DNA of 51,583 bases from Callorhinchus milii (lineage: Eukaryota), in assembly GCF_018977255.1 (NCBI RefSeq), contig NW_024705362.1:1-51583 (forward strand), written 5' to 3'. Under the pieces are notes generated by a model. The model did no database searches, had not been told where the DNA came from, and saw nothing but the letters and a program-made list of their open reading frames with translations. Every line of letters starts with the position of its first letter. Positions within the stretch are counted from its first letter, which is position 1. The translations under genes were made by a program, and so were the position numbers. This document shows, piece by piece, positions 34,863-49,270 of the stretch.

Positions 34863-37800
34863 ATTAAGCTTGTGAGGGGCTCTGAAATGGATGAGTCAGC
34901 CATCTAGCAGTTGCCCCATTGAGACAATACATCTCGTAAATGTACCTAGGAACTGGAGCCGCGCTGACAAAGGCTGGTGTATTAAGGATCGAAAATGAGC
35001 AAAATTAATTAAGAAACAAGTCTTGCCAACGCCACAAGCAATGCAAGTTGCATTATCATGGCCCGCGTTGGGAGTTACAAGCCAGATACACATTCTCGAA
35101 GTTATTTGTAATTTCCGGTACCCCGCAAGTCTGTAGTCGCTTCGTATAGCACGCCTTGCGAGGCACAGTTTATGTAGCTTACAGATAGGGGCAATCTGGA
35201 GGTTACGATCTAAACGGCGAGATTAGGCACACAGTGCTCCCCAATTCCGTGTAAGACCCATCGGAAACTAATGCAATCAATGGGTATACGTATACGCTTA
35301 GACTAAAGTCGGAGTCTGATTTGCTGAGTGCGACGGGAACGAGTCTGTAGGAGCTTTCGGCGCTATGATTTGAGTGGATTCAGTTGGTCCGCTGCCGCGA
35401 TCATCGTCAAAAAAAACGGTTTTGATCCGATGTGGGAGATAATCCGGTGAAGGCAGTAAGGAGACATGAGTTTTAAAGCGTCCCTCAGAAGCACGTATTG
35501 TTAGCGCTGGACTGGTAATGACACGTCTACATAGCCCAGGCAGGTTGGTATTAGTCAGCGGGAGTAAATATGGTAAATGACGACCGTGGCGTGATGAGGC
35601 CGAATCCAGCTAGAATGCGGGTTATATCCCCGTTAAAATACAGTGGATTACAGCGTCAGGTAGTGTTTGCGACATGGTCATGCGAAACATGATAGCTCTC
35701 GACTTGTAGTCCACAGACTATGCTCGAAAAGGCCCATGGCTCCTCACCCAAGGAGATCCTTGGACTCCGTAACTTCGAATGTACTGAAACGAGGGGCTTG
35801 GTGCCCGCGTCCGAGGGGTGAACCGATTCTGTAGGGAACACGACGTACGAACATGGTTGCTAGCTTATGTAAAAGTGGAATACTGCGACATTGCACGCGC
35901 GCGAGTCCTGAAAGGTGCAGTTCCCGGGTTACTCCTAATGTGAGGTCCCCAGCGAGTGTCGTCTAACTAGGCTCGTCTCGTTCAAACATGCAGGGGGTCT
36001 TCAATATTGGCGTTAAGTAGAGACCCTGCACAAGGGTAGGTTCTCGCGTTAATTCTCGACGGCGTCTTATCCGCCAACAGAAATTATTCCAGGCGCGGGA
36101 GCAAGAAAGGGATACGGATACAGGTGAGCTGAGTGTTGGTGGATCAGTCGGGGTGTGTTCCAATACTGTGTGACCAGACTAGCGTGCCCACGTAGAGTAG
36201 ACAAATGAGGTCAAGCGACCATACTATTAGATACATAAAACCCGACGTGTGATTCCAAGTGAGTTAAGTCCTTTGCGTATAGCCAAGCTGTTGCGATGGT
36301 ATATCCCTTGAACTACATAAGACGTACTTGCGCCTTGGCAACATTTGCGACGATAGTACATAGCCTTGCTAGGACGCCAGGCTAAGTGGATAAGAACTGG
36401 GTCGGAGACGCTATCTACACCTATGGCCTGGAGCCAACAATGCTAATGGGATACCTTTCGGACAGGGCATCCACGTATTGCTACGGTTCATTATAAGGCC
36501 TCAGCCACTTCATTTCTGGCTATCTGAAACAGCTCATATGTGCTTCAAAGGAACACCGAGACTAGGCGTGCGACTAGACTAAGTAGGATCTTTCACGTCG
36601 GTTATCGTGGGGAATATTAGTAGTGTCTAGAGCACTCACTTGTAGCGTGTGGTAAAAAAGCATCAGATCGCTTGTCCGATAGTCCTGAAACGGTGTGTTC
36701 GTGAGAGACTCCATCAGCTTCAAAAAAACCCAGAGGTATCGTGATCCTCTAGGAAGGCACACTCAGGCCCTGGTGGTCGGACCGGCTCTGTAATAAAGCA
36801 GGCGAGATGTCATGAATCGATTTCTCGCCAGGGGCTGTTCGCCTCGGTCTAACGGGATGTGTAACCATACACATACTACGTCGCTTAGTTGGAGGGATAC
36901 TATGGGCTGCTGCGCTGGTTGCATTTCGGCGTTTTACACCGAAAGACGGCTACAGTTCGTGCTCGCTTGTGCACGCGGTTCACTTACTCAGTCTTGCGCT
37001 TCATATAAGACGCTTAGCGGTACCTAAAACACACTCGGTCGCAGCTATGATAACTGCACCGTACCTAAACGTATGCATGGGTTCACAGACCGGGAGACCT
37101 TCGACAGCCCGTATGACGCAGAGCAACTAAGCTAGGACTGGGATTGACCCCGACACTATCAGTGACTTGGCGCATTGTTACATGGGGGAATATCCTGCTC
37201 ACACTAGTACACATTCCCCTTGTACTCATCCACCGAAGCTCCTGTGTGGAAAGTTGGTCGTCCAACTTCCAAGCACCGGAGAGCGCACATTTTCAAGCTC
37301 TGAACCTTAAAACAAGACGAGTGTTACACCAGTTAAGGAAAGCTCCATTCCCCCGGATCGTTTTACAACTCCTTGGCAAGTGTAAAACAGACGCACTACG
37401 GTCTATCGGAAACCATGGCTTCTTACTGGTACCGATTCTTTATTGTAAATTCATTCCTTGGCCGAGCTGCTGGGTTATTACGCTGCGTAGGTCTAAGTTA
37501 CAACCTTCTACCGACTACTACATCTGTAGCGCATGGACAGTGTACGTGTGCTATTATTGATCCGGGCCGCGAATATGGTTTGAAGATTTTCCAGCAAGCG
37601 CCCGCCTTCCATAGGAGCTAAGCCTTACTATGAGGATGTAGGCACGTCGGCAGACCGAGGTGCATCCGACTGCTAGCGCTCAATCGAATGGCAATATTAA
37701 AACAGGGAAGGGACACGGGGGCTACAATTAGTCCCCACGTCTATGGTTGTTAAAAACCAGTAGATGTGCTACACCGCAGGGGGGTACAGTCGTCTGGAGT

Positions 37801-40800
37801 AAGGCGGCGGCAATCCCAATTGTGAAGCAGCAACGAATGGGATCTTCGTCGTGATTAACCAAAACGGATTGACCGCCGCACATACGCGAGGGAGCATTAA
37901 CCACGTAGTACTGATCGGTGAGCTAGGTTAGACGGATCAGATTACCCGTCATTGCGCATGCCATTGGAGTTCTGTTAAACAGCCCATCGCCACCCTAACA
38001 TACGGTCTATTAAGTATGACTCTTGAGCGACTTGAGTACGCATCTTCGGTTCAAAATTGCTTTTTTCTGAGTTTTGCCAGACAGGAATTCAATGTAAGTG
38101 AAGTATCTTAATGTCTGACAGGACTCTAAAATGTTGTTGTACAAAACTAGACCTGCGCCTTGCGGCGACGGCGACCTCATGCTTCACCGTCTTAATAATC
38201 TTATCTTGTCTATACGATTGGGCTAGCCCGTACGTTAATTGGTTTACTAGGCATAAAGATTGGTGCTCTGCAAACTGTCGAACTACCTCAGACAGGGGCG
38301 AAATGATCCCAGTGATTAGTGTGGTTTAACTCGTGATTGGGCTTTTAAAGGAGGGACAAGTATTGCTCGTTGTGCTCTTACTCTAATCCCGTACGCGATA
38401 GAATTTGGAGCCAGGCGTACTTACAGTGTTCCGATACTCGCCTATTATGACGAGCACTTTCAAAGATATCCATAGTGTCATCGTCTATCGAAGGGCTCCG
38501 TGTGCGGCTTATCTTAAAGCATCGTTATCCCTGGGAAATGCTGCGTCCATATCTGTACAGACGTTATTGAGCGCGGGTAGGTTGTCACCCAGCAGCCGAC
38601 CGCAGCAACTTTGTGGTCTACCTTGCCCGTCGCCAAAGAATCTGTTGCCACAGCCTCTGTCATGTTAAGCCTCGGGCTATGAAATCAGCAGTGAGTCAGA
38701 GGACCTTCGCCTTGAGCGGATATCTCCGATTAGTGATGTGTGGTTAGGACTCTTGCGTTAAGATAAGAGGTGTCGCCTGACTTTCTTGGTTATCTATTCT
38801 CCTGGACACAGAGTGATCCTAGCCTTCGATTTTCGGGGGGCTGGCACGTACACGAAATGCCACCATCAAAAAAACAGTGCGGCCAGCAGTGAACGTACAT
38901 CGCCCTTAGTAGTCTGATTCGAGAGAAAATAGTCAGTTCTCTAACACGCCATGGGCAAAGTTATGCGCGAATATCCAGGACACTCACCTCGGCCTCGGTT
39001 ATGGGCACGTTAGAACATGGACAGTGTACAGGCTACTTAACGCTTACAAAACGTAAGCGATCCATTATAAAATAATCGCCAGCTTTGAAACTGTTAGAAC
39101 TACACAAATTGCCACACTGTTGCATGTGGACGCAGCCCCAGCGGTATAACGTGAGACCTTCACGTTGGGAAGTTTCGCACCTGGATGCCATAGGAAGCAG
39201 GCCCTAAATGTCTACGGAGCAAATCAGGCGGTAGGGAGAACGAATTCCCGGCATTCCTCCCCGTGGTGGCTTGGGGCTGTCGGTTGTGGGACATCATATC
39301 TGAATTCCATGATATGAAGACGCGTTCAGAATCGGCCGTATGATCCTGTGCGGCAAATGTATGGGGAGCTACCTTTAACCCATTCACGGACATTACAGCC
39401 CCTGATGGGTTTTAGTGGACCCCGATGGCGTTAATAGTAGACTACTCTCCGTTCTCTCGTCTTCCCTGAAGAGAGACGACGTTGGGGACGAACTAAATTC
39501 GAGCTCGTTCCAGTGCCTCGGGATCCCAAGGGGGGAGCATGCACGAGCGGGCTCCAAAACGCCTCACACTTTCATGGAGAAGATCATCCATTTTGCGCTC
39601 TGTAAGTACTGAGTTGGCCGTAGTCTCCTATGCATTGTTGCGCTGACATTTTCTCACAGCTCATGCGCGGAAGGTCAACAGTATCGACCGCAAGAGTACC
39701 TCGGTCACTATCTCGCAGTTGCTAATTCCTGCGCGGATCGGTTTGTCTACGTAGTCATGATATAGGTTTAGTCCAAGGATCAACGCGCTCTCACTGGCCC
39801 ATAACAAAGGGATATTGTAGAGTGTGGCTGCCCACGTGAGCATCTGCCGTACCATGTGTTTAGATTCTAGGCGATAGGAAGGAACCGCCTATTCAGGGTT
39901 AGAAGTCCTGCTAAATGGACCCGACAGCCGGGCTAAAAGATCTAAACCCAGCACTGCGGTTTACTCACTTGATCGCCTTGAGACATAAAATTGGGAATTT
40001 GGCTCAGCCTGAAGTTTAATCGTACAATTGTGGGTCCGGGTTCACAAGTATCGCACCAAACGAAGTATGTAAGGTCGACGATTGTGCTTATGCTACAAGC
40101 GAGGCACCAGGCCCGAATGCAATTCCATGTCTCACTGTTATGGACAGACCGTATTTGCAGCTCTTAGCGAAGATCCATCGATTATTGATCATACCCCTAA
40201 CGACAGTCATAACCCCCGTGACACGAAGGGTATCTAACGGTGTTCCGTGCCAAAAATTAAGTGGCAACTGAACTTTTCGAACAGCGGGCACGTACCATGG
40301 AAGGAAATGACGGTTCCGGGAAGGGGCGTCCCACCCCCCAACGCTGAATTCGAATACGCCGATCTGGATATCTTCCGCCGGAGTTTGCTCGAGTTACTCT
40401 TCACGATTGCCGACGCCTGATCTTACTTAATAGTCTTTTTTTAGCTGTGGCAGCCTTCAGGTAGCAAGTAGACAAACGACTTTACCAAAAGGATCTCACT
40501 GGGTCGGTAATTAGCCAACAATTCTTTTGTCCGGTAAGTCGTGCATCGAACGCCATGGCAGGTGCCCTGGCCGTTTGCGGTAGCTCCACTACCGTCGGTC
40601 GGTTGAGGCATCAGCGGATCCTAACACTGACACCGACCCTCATGATACGAATGCGGCAAGCCTAAATACCGATTCCCCGTGTAGACCGAGGACATCGCAG
40701 ACAAGTGTAATCCGATACCGTCAATCACATGATTTGTTATCTGGCTACGTGGGGGATTAATTCATAGGTGTGTACTCAATCTTACGCCGGTCGACTCGAT

Positions 40801-43800
40801 CCAATGGGCAGGTTAGTGTACGACTAGACGCGACAGAAAATCGAATACAAACTCTCCAATCCACACTAACTAATACCTCGGCAATGGCCCATATGCCCTC
40901 CTACGTATACTAAACGGTCCTAAAATATCAAACGGGTATGCTGCCATTAATAGATTCTGGCCAGTAGTGATACATTAACAGCCCTACGAGCCAATGAGAC
41001 AGGGATACGTTCTCGCCTATGCATCTATTCCTCGTGTTCTTGATTTCATAGGCCATTTACCGTGTAGACCGTTGTCAAGAGATCAGTATGTCGAACGCAC
41101 CCGGAGGTGTCATTATCCGCCCGCACTTAGTAATCGGACCCCCATGTAGAACGTTGAATCGTGGAGTGCGTCTTGTGCATGGCCAGCAAGTAAGTTACGA
41201 GCCGAGACCGCAACCAGACGTTAACATTAATATAGCAATCAGGTTAACACTGCGACCTAGTCGTGCAGCCCGATGATAGGTGGAGCCGTTCCAGGGATTC
41301 ATTCGTGGCATTGAGATTATGCTAATAGGTGCATGAACGGACCGATTCGATAAAGTCGTGGCATCTTCAGAGATGTCCTTAACTGTCCTATTTTAGTTCC
41401 ATGAAGACGAAAGGATAAGGTACACCGTATCCAGCTCTAATGCTTCAAGAGAACGGGCCTAGAATAACTCAGGTCGAGGCCGAACCATTACGATCATTGT
41501 AGCTCCTGAGGGGCGTTGGGGGCCGGATTGATGCGGTACCTATGCAGGATTCGGAGATTCTATTGACCCAAGGGTTAATCGAAAATCCCTGCGGAAAAGT
41601 ATCAGCGGGGCGCAATGACTGCAACCCGAGAGTACGTAGTTTTGTAAGTTGTCCAGGATGGGTATCCACGGCAATGCAGAACCACATATATATAGCTGTT
41701 TAGCGTGATGGGATCGAAATATCCCAGATACAATCACACTCCGGGGGGTAAAATCATATCCACGAGAAAAGTCTAATCCATGATGCGTTTCGTTGTGTCA
41801 GTTAGAATCAGGAACGAGTAGCCCATACTACAATCCGTATAAAAAGGGGCTTTCGGCTAGCGCCACACCTATGAGTTGGATTTGTCGCAGAGTTAGTCCA
41901 CCATAGCTTAGTCAGGCGAGACACCCGCTGTGAATCACTCCACGCTGCCATAATAGAGTGGGAGGCTCCTCAAACGTCTAAACATCCCGTGTGTAATTAT
42001 TCCATGCGAGGCCGTCATGATCCCCCTCACAAGCATATCAGAGTCCGTTAATTCGAAAACCAGTGCTAGTGGCCGCTGACTGAGAGTTCATTTCCCCAAT
42101 GTAAGCTATTCCTACGTGAGAGATTCGCTGAGGCTGCCTTAGGGTTGCCAGTCAGGTAGACCAATTTTGGTTAGTGACATAGACACCGGGGCACATTGAA
42201 GATAGTGCGGCAGTCTGTTTTGCCGAGAAGAACACAGCCCGCAGGTTCGGGCTCAATAAAGATCAAAGGGCAAAATTACGGTAAGTCGGTTCTCTTCATA
42301 AAAGTGTAATAGTGTTCTACGAGTGATACGCTCATAGATAATGGACTTCGTGATGAGTGTGACGATAATTCTTTGGAACTAGTGTCGATGCGTGGCACGG
42401 AGAAAATTTGAAGAATGTATCTGATCTAAGAACACTACATTCGTCGGCAGAGTATGTAACATGCGGGAAACGCTTGCGTTTTGTACGAGTCGTGTTCTGA
42501 TCCGAATGCGTTAATCATTGAGTTGAACGAAGTCGTCTTGTATCTACAGTGAAATACAGATATCCTATGATACCCGAGTACTCAGTCTAGGTCATGAATG
42601 GTTCCACATAGCGACTTTGTTCCCCGGTAAATGCCCGATCTCCAAAGGCCAATTTATTTTGGGCCCGAGTGCGATTATAATCACCGGTAACGCACCACGA
42701 CGCAAGTCAACTTCCCGCCGGTGCAGATAGAGTAACGCAAAACCTCAGTGATCTTTGGGAAAAACAGGCAGCGACCCGGCCCTAAAAGGTAAGTCTCATT
42801 CATAGCAAGTTTTCGGCGACTCTTCGCAGGCCACGACCACTTAGGATGCAGGACGTGGTCAGGTGGCAACTAATGATCTGAACTCTCTGGGCGTATGACA
42901 CCTTCTCCACTGTCTATGGTGACGATAAGTCATAATTAACTCGTTTATACCTTCCGGTTTAAGAGGTTGGATTAATAAACATTCTTGTGGCCGCCCGAGC
43001 AGCTGTAATGTACTTAGAAGGGAGTGTTTGTTTGGACGGACAACCTACCACAAACTAGGCAGTTAACCTACTAGTAGTCGTAGCCGCTGCGGGCAGCGCT
43101 CATATTTAAAGTACTTCGGTCGAATTAAAAAAGTCGAGTGCGCAACTGGATTTGCTACCTTGTTAATGATCATCACCCTTCTTGGCTTATGTTATCGTGT
43201 GATCGGAAAATAGCCAAGTGCGCCAACTTTACGGAGAAAAGCCCTGACTTGTTAACTATGTGGCAAGTAGTAGATCTCAACTAGCGCAAGAGTAGCAGGT
43301 AACATTCAGTAACGGATCACAAAGCGAGACACAATTCAAAAAACCTGTGCCCCTCGACAGTCCAATTCCACACTACGGCTAACCTTCGCCGGCACGAAGC
43401 TAACACTAGCAAGGGCCCACGATTCGCGGTAACGTCTGCTTGCGAAACCGACTGCGTGGATGAAGACATGCACGTCCACCCGGTAACGGGTCTCACGTAG
43501 TCCAAGTATGGGATCAGATACTCCAGCGCCTAGGCTTAGGCGAATTCACATGAGGATCTCGCCGGTCCGTCTGAACATTCAACGAAATGCCGAAACCGTA
43601 CATCGGCGGCACAGTTTCTATATCCCTACGCCCGGGGGTGTTATGACAATGATTTATGATGTTTGCGTGAGCACGCTGTGTTTGATGTAGGTTTCGCACC
43701 GCAGCTCTGTTCATACAACGTAATAAACACTCATGCAAAATATATAGAACTTATCCACCCCGAGCCGTCAATTAACTATATAGAGTTGTGCACGGTACAG

Positions 43801-46800
43801 ATAAACGATGAGTACCTGACATGATCCATCCTCTGTGTGGGCTTTAATTTGGCCAACGGAAGGTATCGCGGCAGAAGCGCTCTGCTACGCTTTGATCAAG
43901 TCCGCCTCATTGGTGTTGATTACGGTTTGGATCCAGCAGTTACTCTTCTAGGGCAGTACTGGTACGTGCCTCAGTAGTCTGCAGTCAAAATTCAGGATTG
44001 TCTACCTGTTGGCCAATCGAGCGGGCTCACTAGCGCTGGCGGTCTATGGGAGAAGAGCATCCCGTCACCCGTGCGTTACTCCGTAAGGTCTGACGTTAAA
44101 ATTGTAAACATTGCTTAGGACTTCCGAAAGGCGTTGTACACGCCGCTCAGGAATATGCGGGGTTATGCACTAGAACACACCACGGGGTCAAAGGGCGGAG
44201 ATTCTGTGAATTCAGGTCAGATGTGGGTTATTATGCACAAACGAATCTAACTTAATATCGGATTACTATTAACGTAGAACGCTTTTTATCTCACTGCCTC
44301 GGCCAATTACAGGAACCAATTCTTCCCTTCTGTTACAGTAATCCACATCAGCCTATCCATGGGAAAGTCAGTGAGTCGAACAAGATGGATACCAGGGGTA
44401 GTCGCGGAGCATTTGACTACCACTAGCCAGGCCCTGTAACTGACTGAGACATCTGCGCTCAATTAAACGCTCCATATGCCCGATCTAGAGCGGGCGTAGC
44501 CTCTCTCGACGGAAGGACGGGTCGAGGGATCAAGTCGCGATGGCTTGCCATGCGCCAACCGCGTCCCCGTATCATGCTATAAAGCTAGGTCTACCTATGA
44601 GCGATAGGTGATGTCGGACTCCAGAAGGCGTGTGACGCCTTTTACAATGAAAAGGGCAGCGAATGGAGAGACAAGACTCGCTAAGAGGCACGTTCGTGTA
44701 CATTGACGTCTAATAAGCGCAGGCCCAAGTCGAGGACCTCACGTCCCATGTAAATGCGTCAGTCGACTGGTATAGCTATTTAAATGGACAGGCTGTTTGT
44801 AGGCATGCAGGAATTGCCGGCGTTGTGGGCAAGCTAACGATAAGTTGGAGTGAGTAGGTTTAGGTATCGTCCTGCAGACCATGGTTAAAGCTTCGACATA
44901 GGTGGTAGATGACTGGGAGAGGCTAGGTCGTCCGCCCATTGCAAGTGACTATCAAGTGTCGGACTCGCCGATCGATATCGACTGATGGCGCACTCACACG
45001 CATAAGCCGTCGGCCAAGACTCGGCGCGAACTCGCTCAACGATATCTGGTGAAGGGCCGGATGAGTTAGTAGCCATACACACCTGCTAGTTTACTTTCTA
45101 CATTACTATCTTAACACGGCGCGTCGATATCCCTCATTCTTGTCCAAACGTTACAATACTACGCTACAGCGCTCGAGCTGAAACGTACTAATAGGTACAT
45201 TAAGTAAGTTTTCAGCTTGTTCAGGGGGAGTGACGGGAGCGCGACCTGCTTGGCTTTTCGGTGCTGTTTTATGTAGTCGCTACTCGTCAGAACGTTAGGG
45301 TAGGAGTAATGTTTCCACGCTCTCGGTCATCCCAGAACCTCTACATACACCCTGATCGACCGCGATCCTTGCGTAATATAGACTGGAACTGAACGCGGAG
45401 CAATTTCGACCATCTGTGAGATACGCTGGGGTCGAATAACACCTATGAAGCGGCGCACCAAGATGAACGTCGGATACCACCCCAACTTCGTCCCTTGTCC
45501 GGCTGCCGAATTAATATACTAGATCACCAGTTTTTACGAGTACGAGTTAGTCATACGGTTAGAACATCGTAAGTCCTGGTAGGTCGTCGCGCCTTAATTT
45601 ATACAGAGGCTCCGCGATCGGCGGTCTTAAGAACCGCGAGACGCGAGAATAGATAGCCCTCACGTTCCCCGGGGACCTCAAGATGCACCCTACGGTGTCA
45701 CACGAGAGGTAACCCTTATCAAACGTGCTGTCCACCAATCCGGCGCATCCCCTTCGTTCGCCGACCAAGTAGTCTGGCTCAAGAATATCCGCCTCCCGCC
45801 TTCTAAACCCGCCGTGAAGTTAGAAGCACAGATGTAATTTGATAGGTTTTGAGCCCTTGACTCGGCAACAGAACCTCTAATGGCCTGCGCCCTATCCGGG
45901 TACATTAAGCCGGCACGCCGGCGGTGAATGATGCCGAAAAGCAGTCTCAGCGTTACGTGCCTGGGTACAGGTACCGGAGAGCACCGATCGCATTGGCGCA
46001 GGTCTGCGTCAATGCGTCGTGCAACTCAGGACTTGGCGACAATTGCAGGTTATTCTTCCGAATCTGGCCGAGGCTACGCATGATAGATGTTGGTATAAGT
46101 TTGTTTTCTTCGCGACTCGGGCTCAGTCCTTTGGTGGGTAAATGCTCAAGCAAGGGGTATCAAGACTGTCCACTCTCGGACTTCTGGCTACCCCGGTATG
46201 GATTTTGTTGGAGCAGATCATACTATACTTGAACTATCGTGCATTGTGCTGTTACTCGTCCGGCCTTGCCTTCGCGGACATCGATAACAGATTACGCCGA
46301 TTACGCATGCCGCCACGAAGTGCTCACTCAGTTAATACTCGGGGTAGTAAATATGAGCATCACTCGTTAGTCTTAGGTGGGTAACCTAATGTTCGTCACA
46401 TTATGCCTGCCCAAATAAGAATAACCTGACAAACGAGGATGAGGGAGCTAAGGCGTCCAAATAGACAGTTTTGGATACAAAAAAATTATTTCACTCTTTC
46501 CGTGTGTACCATACGGGTTTTGGAAAGGAATGCTCGCTTCCCTTTGGGTGAACCGCAAAATCCCAGACCTTCATAACCGGGCCAGTTAAGCCCTATTAAT
46601 ATCCGGTGAAAAGAGTGCCAGATGTTCACGGCGTCTGGGCAGTCTAACACTGATGGCGGACGACCTTAAATGGGTAAGCGAAAGTACTCTAAGGCTATCA
46701 TCAAAGAAGGCCCGCACTTCTAGATATCCTGCTAAACAACCTTCTAAATCTCCCCAAAAATAATACTTGGCGATATGTCGTCTCTATCTTGCTATAACAA

Positions 46801-47461
46801 AGGGGCCAGCTGCCCGGAATCGCGGCGCTTGTCCACTATTTGCGTCCGGCTGGGAAAGTACGACACGGTCCCAAAACGGGTATGGCCTACGCCTCGCAGA
46901 ATCCATTTGCCCTTTGTACTTGTGTTCGACATTGCCAGGACGTAATAAACCGTGGAGTCCCGATCCGTCGTAGGAACACCTTTAAGGCATGGAGATTGTG
47001 TCCCACACACGTTACCGCCTCGCTATTGAGATTTTTCTGGAACCGCTTCAGACGGTCACTACCTTTATTGTGTTCGGGCGCAGGTTTATTTACCCTCGTG
47101 TGGGCAGTCATGCTACGCTCTAGCGCCTACCCTTCTCGTTTTTTGATCACGTATCTAGCTTTGGTACAGTTCTTCAAGAATCCACACAGTCCGGCGAATG
47201 ACCCTTACACTTAAAAAGGATTTAGAGTACGATCTATTTCCTCCAGTTTCCAGAGATAACCCCGGCAAAAACAATTGGGAAAAAAGTAGCTTCGGAGTCG
47301 AATTGTGTATAAGTCCTGAATAAGTCTAAAACGAAGAGAAAACTCATGTTTCCGATGTCGGTCCCGTAGACATAGTCCAGAAATATGACCCCGCAAGCAG
47401 CTGGACCTCTTTGACTCAGAAAGTCACACGCTATACGCCAGGTTTGTTCTAGTTTCTCTAA
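34863..47461. other. Featureless, random-looking block (probably non-biological)
   Basis: No recognisable TE, microsatellite, AT-rich tract or exon. Longest ORF is 138 aa, base usage looks even, and both boundaries are abrupt. Confidence 0.8.
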
Positions 47462-47570
47462 GCTGTGTCCCTAGGCTGTGTCCCTAGGCTGTAACAGAGT
47501 ATCAGGACTGTTGGAGTGTTGTATCGTAATAAAGAAGTTACCTCTACAAGTGTCTCCGGAACCCATTACA
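47462..47570 (+). mobile_element. 3' end of the same LTR as 4191-4722, cut off on the left
   Basis: GCTGTAACAGAGTATCAGGAC...AATAAAGAAGTTACCTCTACA...CCCATTACA matches ~4640-4722. Confidence 0.9.
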
Positions 47571-47766
47571 TATGTGCTGAAGTTCACTGGCTAAGCGGCG
47601 CTGGTCGGAGATGCAGCGGATTTTTTTTTTCTGCCTGAGGACGACCGTTTTGTTGCGATTGAAATGTCGTGAAATAGTATTTATTTATTTTACCTACGTG
47701 GCTTTACCTTAAGAACCAAAGAGTATGGATTTCTGCAGTCACGAAAGGTTAACATCAACACCCAAA

Positions 47767-48483
47767 ACAGGACCTGCGGGGTGGGCTGGTAGGAACGAAT
47801 AACCAAAGAATATAAACATAATGTATTATTACACTTGTTTAGCCAGGAAAGCCCCACTGAGTCTAAAGGTTTTTGTAGGGTCCTGCCAAGTGTTTGCAGT
47901 AGGGGGCGATGTTGCTACACCTAATCGGACGATACGAAGGGAGAGTTTGAGGCCTAGTTCTAGGCTTTAGGCCTAGCTGTAGGCTTTAGGCCGCTGTGAG
48001 TTAATTTTTAATTAAAATGTTTTAATTATTTATGTAAAAGCTTTAAATGTAAATGTTTCTATTTAAAAACATCAGGGATGTAACATTGTTAAACATTAAC
48101 TTCCTTTCACACACGCGGGGGTACGATACGAAGGGAGAGTTTGAGGCCTAGTTCTAGGCTTTAGGCCTAGCTGTAGGCTTTAGGCCGCTGTGAGTTAATT
48201 TTTAATTTAAAAGTATAATTAAAAGCTATCTCAGGGAATTATAAGGGAATGTTACACTTGTTTAGCCAGGAAAGCCTCATTAATTTAAATGTTTTAATTA
48301 AAAGCTATCTCAGGGAATTATAAGGGAATGTTACACTTGTTTAGCCAGGAAAGCGTCACCGAGTCTAAAGGTTTTTGTAGGGTCCTGCCAAGTGTTTGCA
48401 GTAGGGGGCGATGTTGCTACACGGACGGACGGACGAGGACGATATAATCTATTGTAGGCTGGTTCACTTCGTTCCTACCAGTA
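47767..48483 (-). mobile_element. Helentron-associated non-autonomous element (HINE/DINE-1-like)
   Basis: 14-bp subterminal IR CTGGTAGGAACGAA (47786-47799 / 48468-48481), (GTCC)n microsatellite near one end, short CAGGTCCTG hairpin plus T-run at the other, internal direct repeats, and no TSD versus the empty site at ~4915. Confidence 0.6.
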
Positions 48484-48800
48484 TAAGATTTGTATATGAA
48501 CAGCAATAACTTAACTATCTCCATTTTCCCAATGCTACCCACCAGAGATCCTTTCTGTATATACACAACAGCAAACTAATTATGGCACCATACTTTCAGT
48601 CCCTATTCCTGACACACTTGACTCCCAATCCTCATATAAGATTGCAATATAATTTCTGCATGAGGGCCCATCAAAAAGTATTGAGAATGGACTCTTTTTT
48701 CTTAAAAACTATGTAAAATTGTCTTAATTCAAAGTCCAGTATAGTACTATCGTGGCACTCATAAGTGAACTTCATTATTGCTCATGCTAATTATTACAAT

Positions 48801-49270
48801 TGTAATAAAGGACTCCTTCACACGATGTTGGTCTCCGTCTGTCCTTTATTGATGTTCTTCTCCTCCGCACCCGCTGGCCTCCTCCTCGGCCCAGCGTCGT
48901 CCCTCCTCGTGCCCCGCGCACTTAGCAGCCACCCCGCTGCTCCGTGTGCTCCCGCACACTCTGCAGCCACTCTGCTGCCCGTGCAACCTCGCACCCTCCG
49001 CTAGCCCTCCGCTAGCCCCGTGCTACCCGCAGGGCCCTGTGCGCCCCGCACACTCCGCTCTCTCTCCGCACACCGCTAGCTGGCGGTGTGCCCAGCCCTA
49101 TCAGCCTCGCGGCTGATGGCACGGCGACCACCCAACGTGGTCTCCCCTCTTCACTCCCTCGACTGCCTAGACCTCTTCCGGGCTCCCTCCTATAACCTCT
49201 CTCCCACGTGACCCTGACTCCTCCCTCTCGGATCGTCACATCCGGCCTTCCCATTTACGCTCGCATTACA
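48801..49270 (-). mobile_element. Solo LTR with TSD CAAT
   Basis: TGTAAT...ATTACA flanked by CAAT (48797-48800 / 49271-49274). The paralog has a single CAAT at 5231-5234. Confidence 0.88.

Noticed and set aside
35284..35295. 12-bp palindrome GTATACGTATAC and similar small hairpins in the featureless block
   Set aside because: A few such palindromes are expected by chance in 12.6 kb (about 1 per 4096 positions).
34896..47396. About 40 short ORFs as a possible viral or novel gene cluster
   Set aside because: All are 138 aa or shorter, sparse and motif-free, as expected for random sequence.
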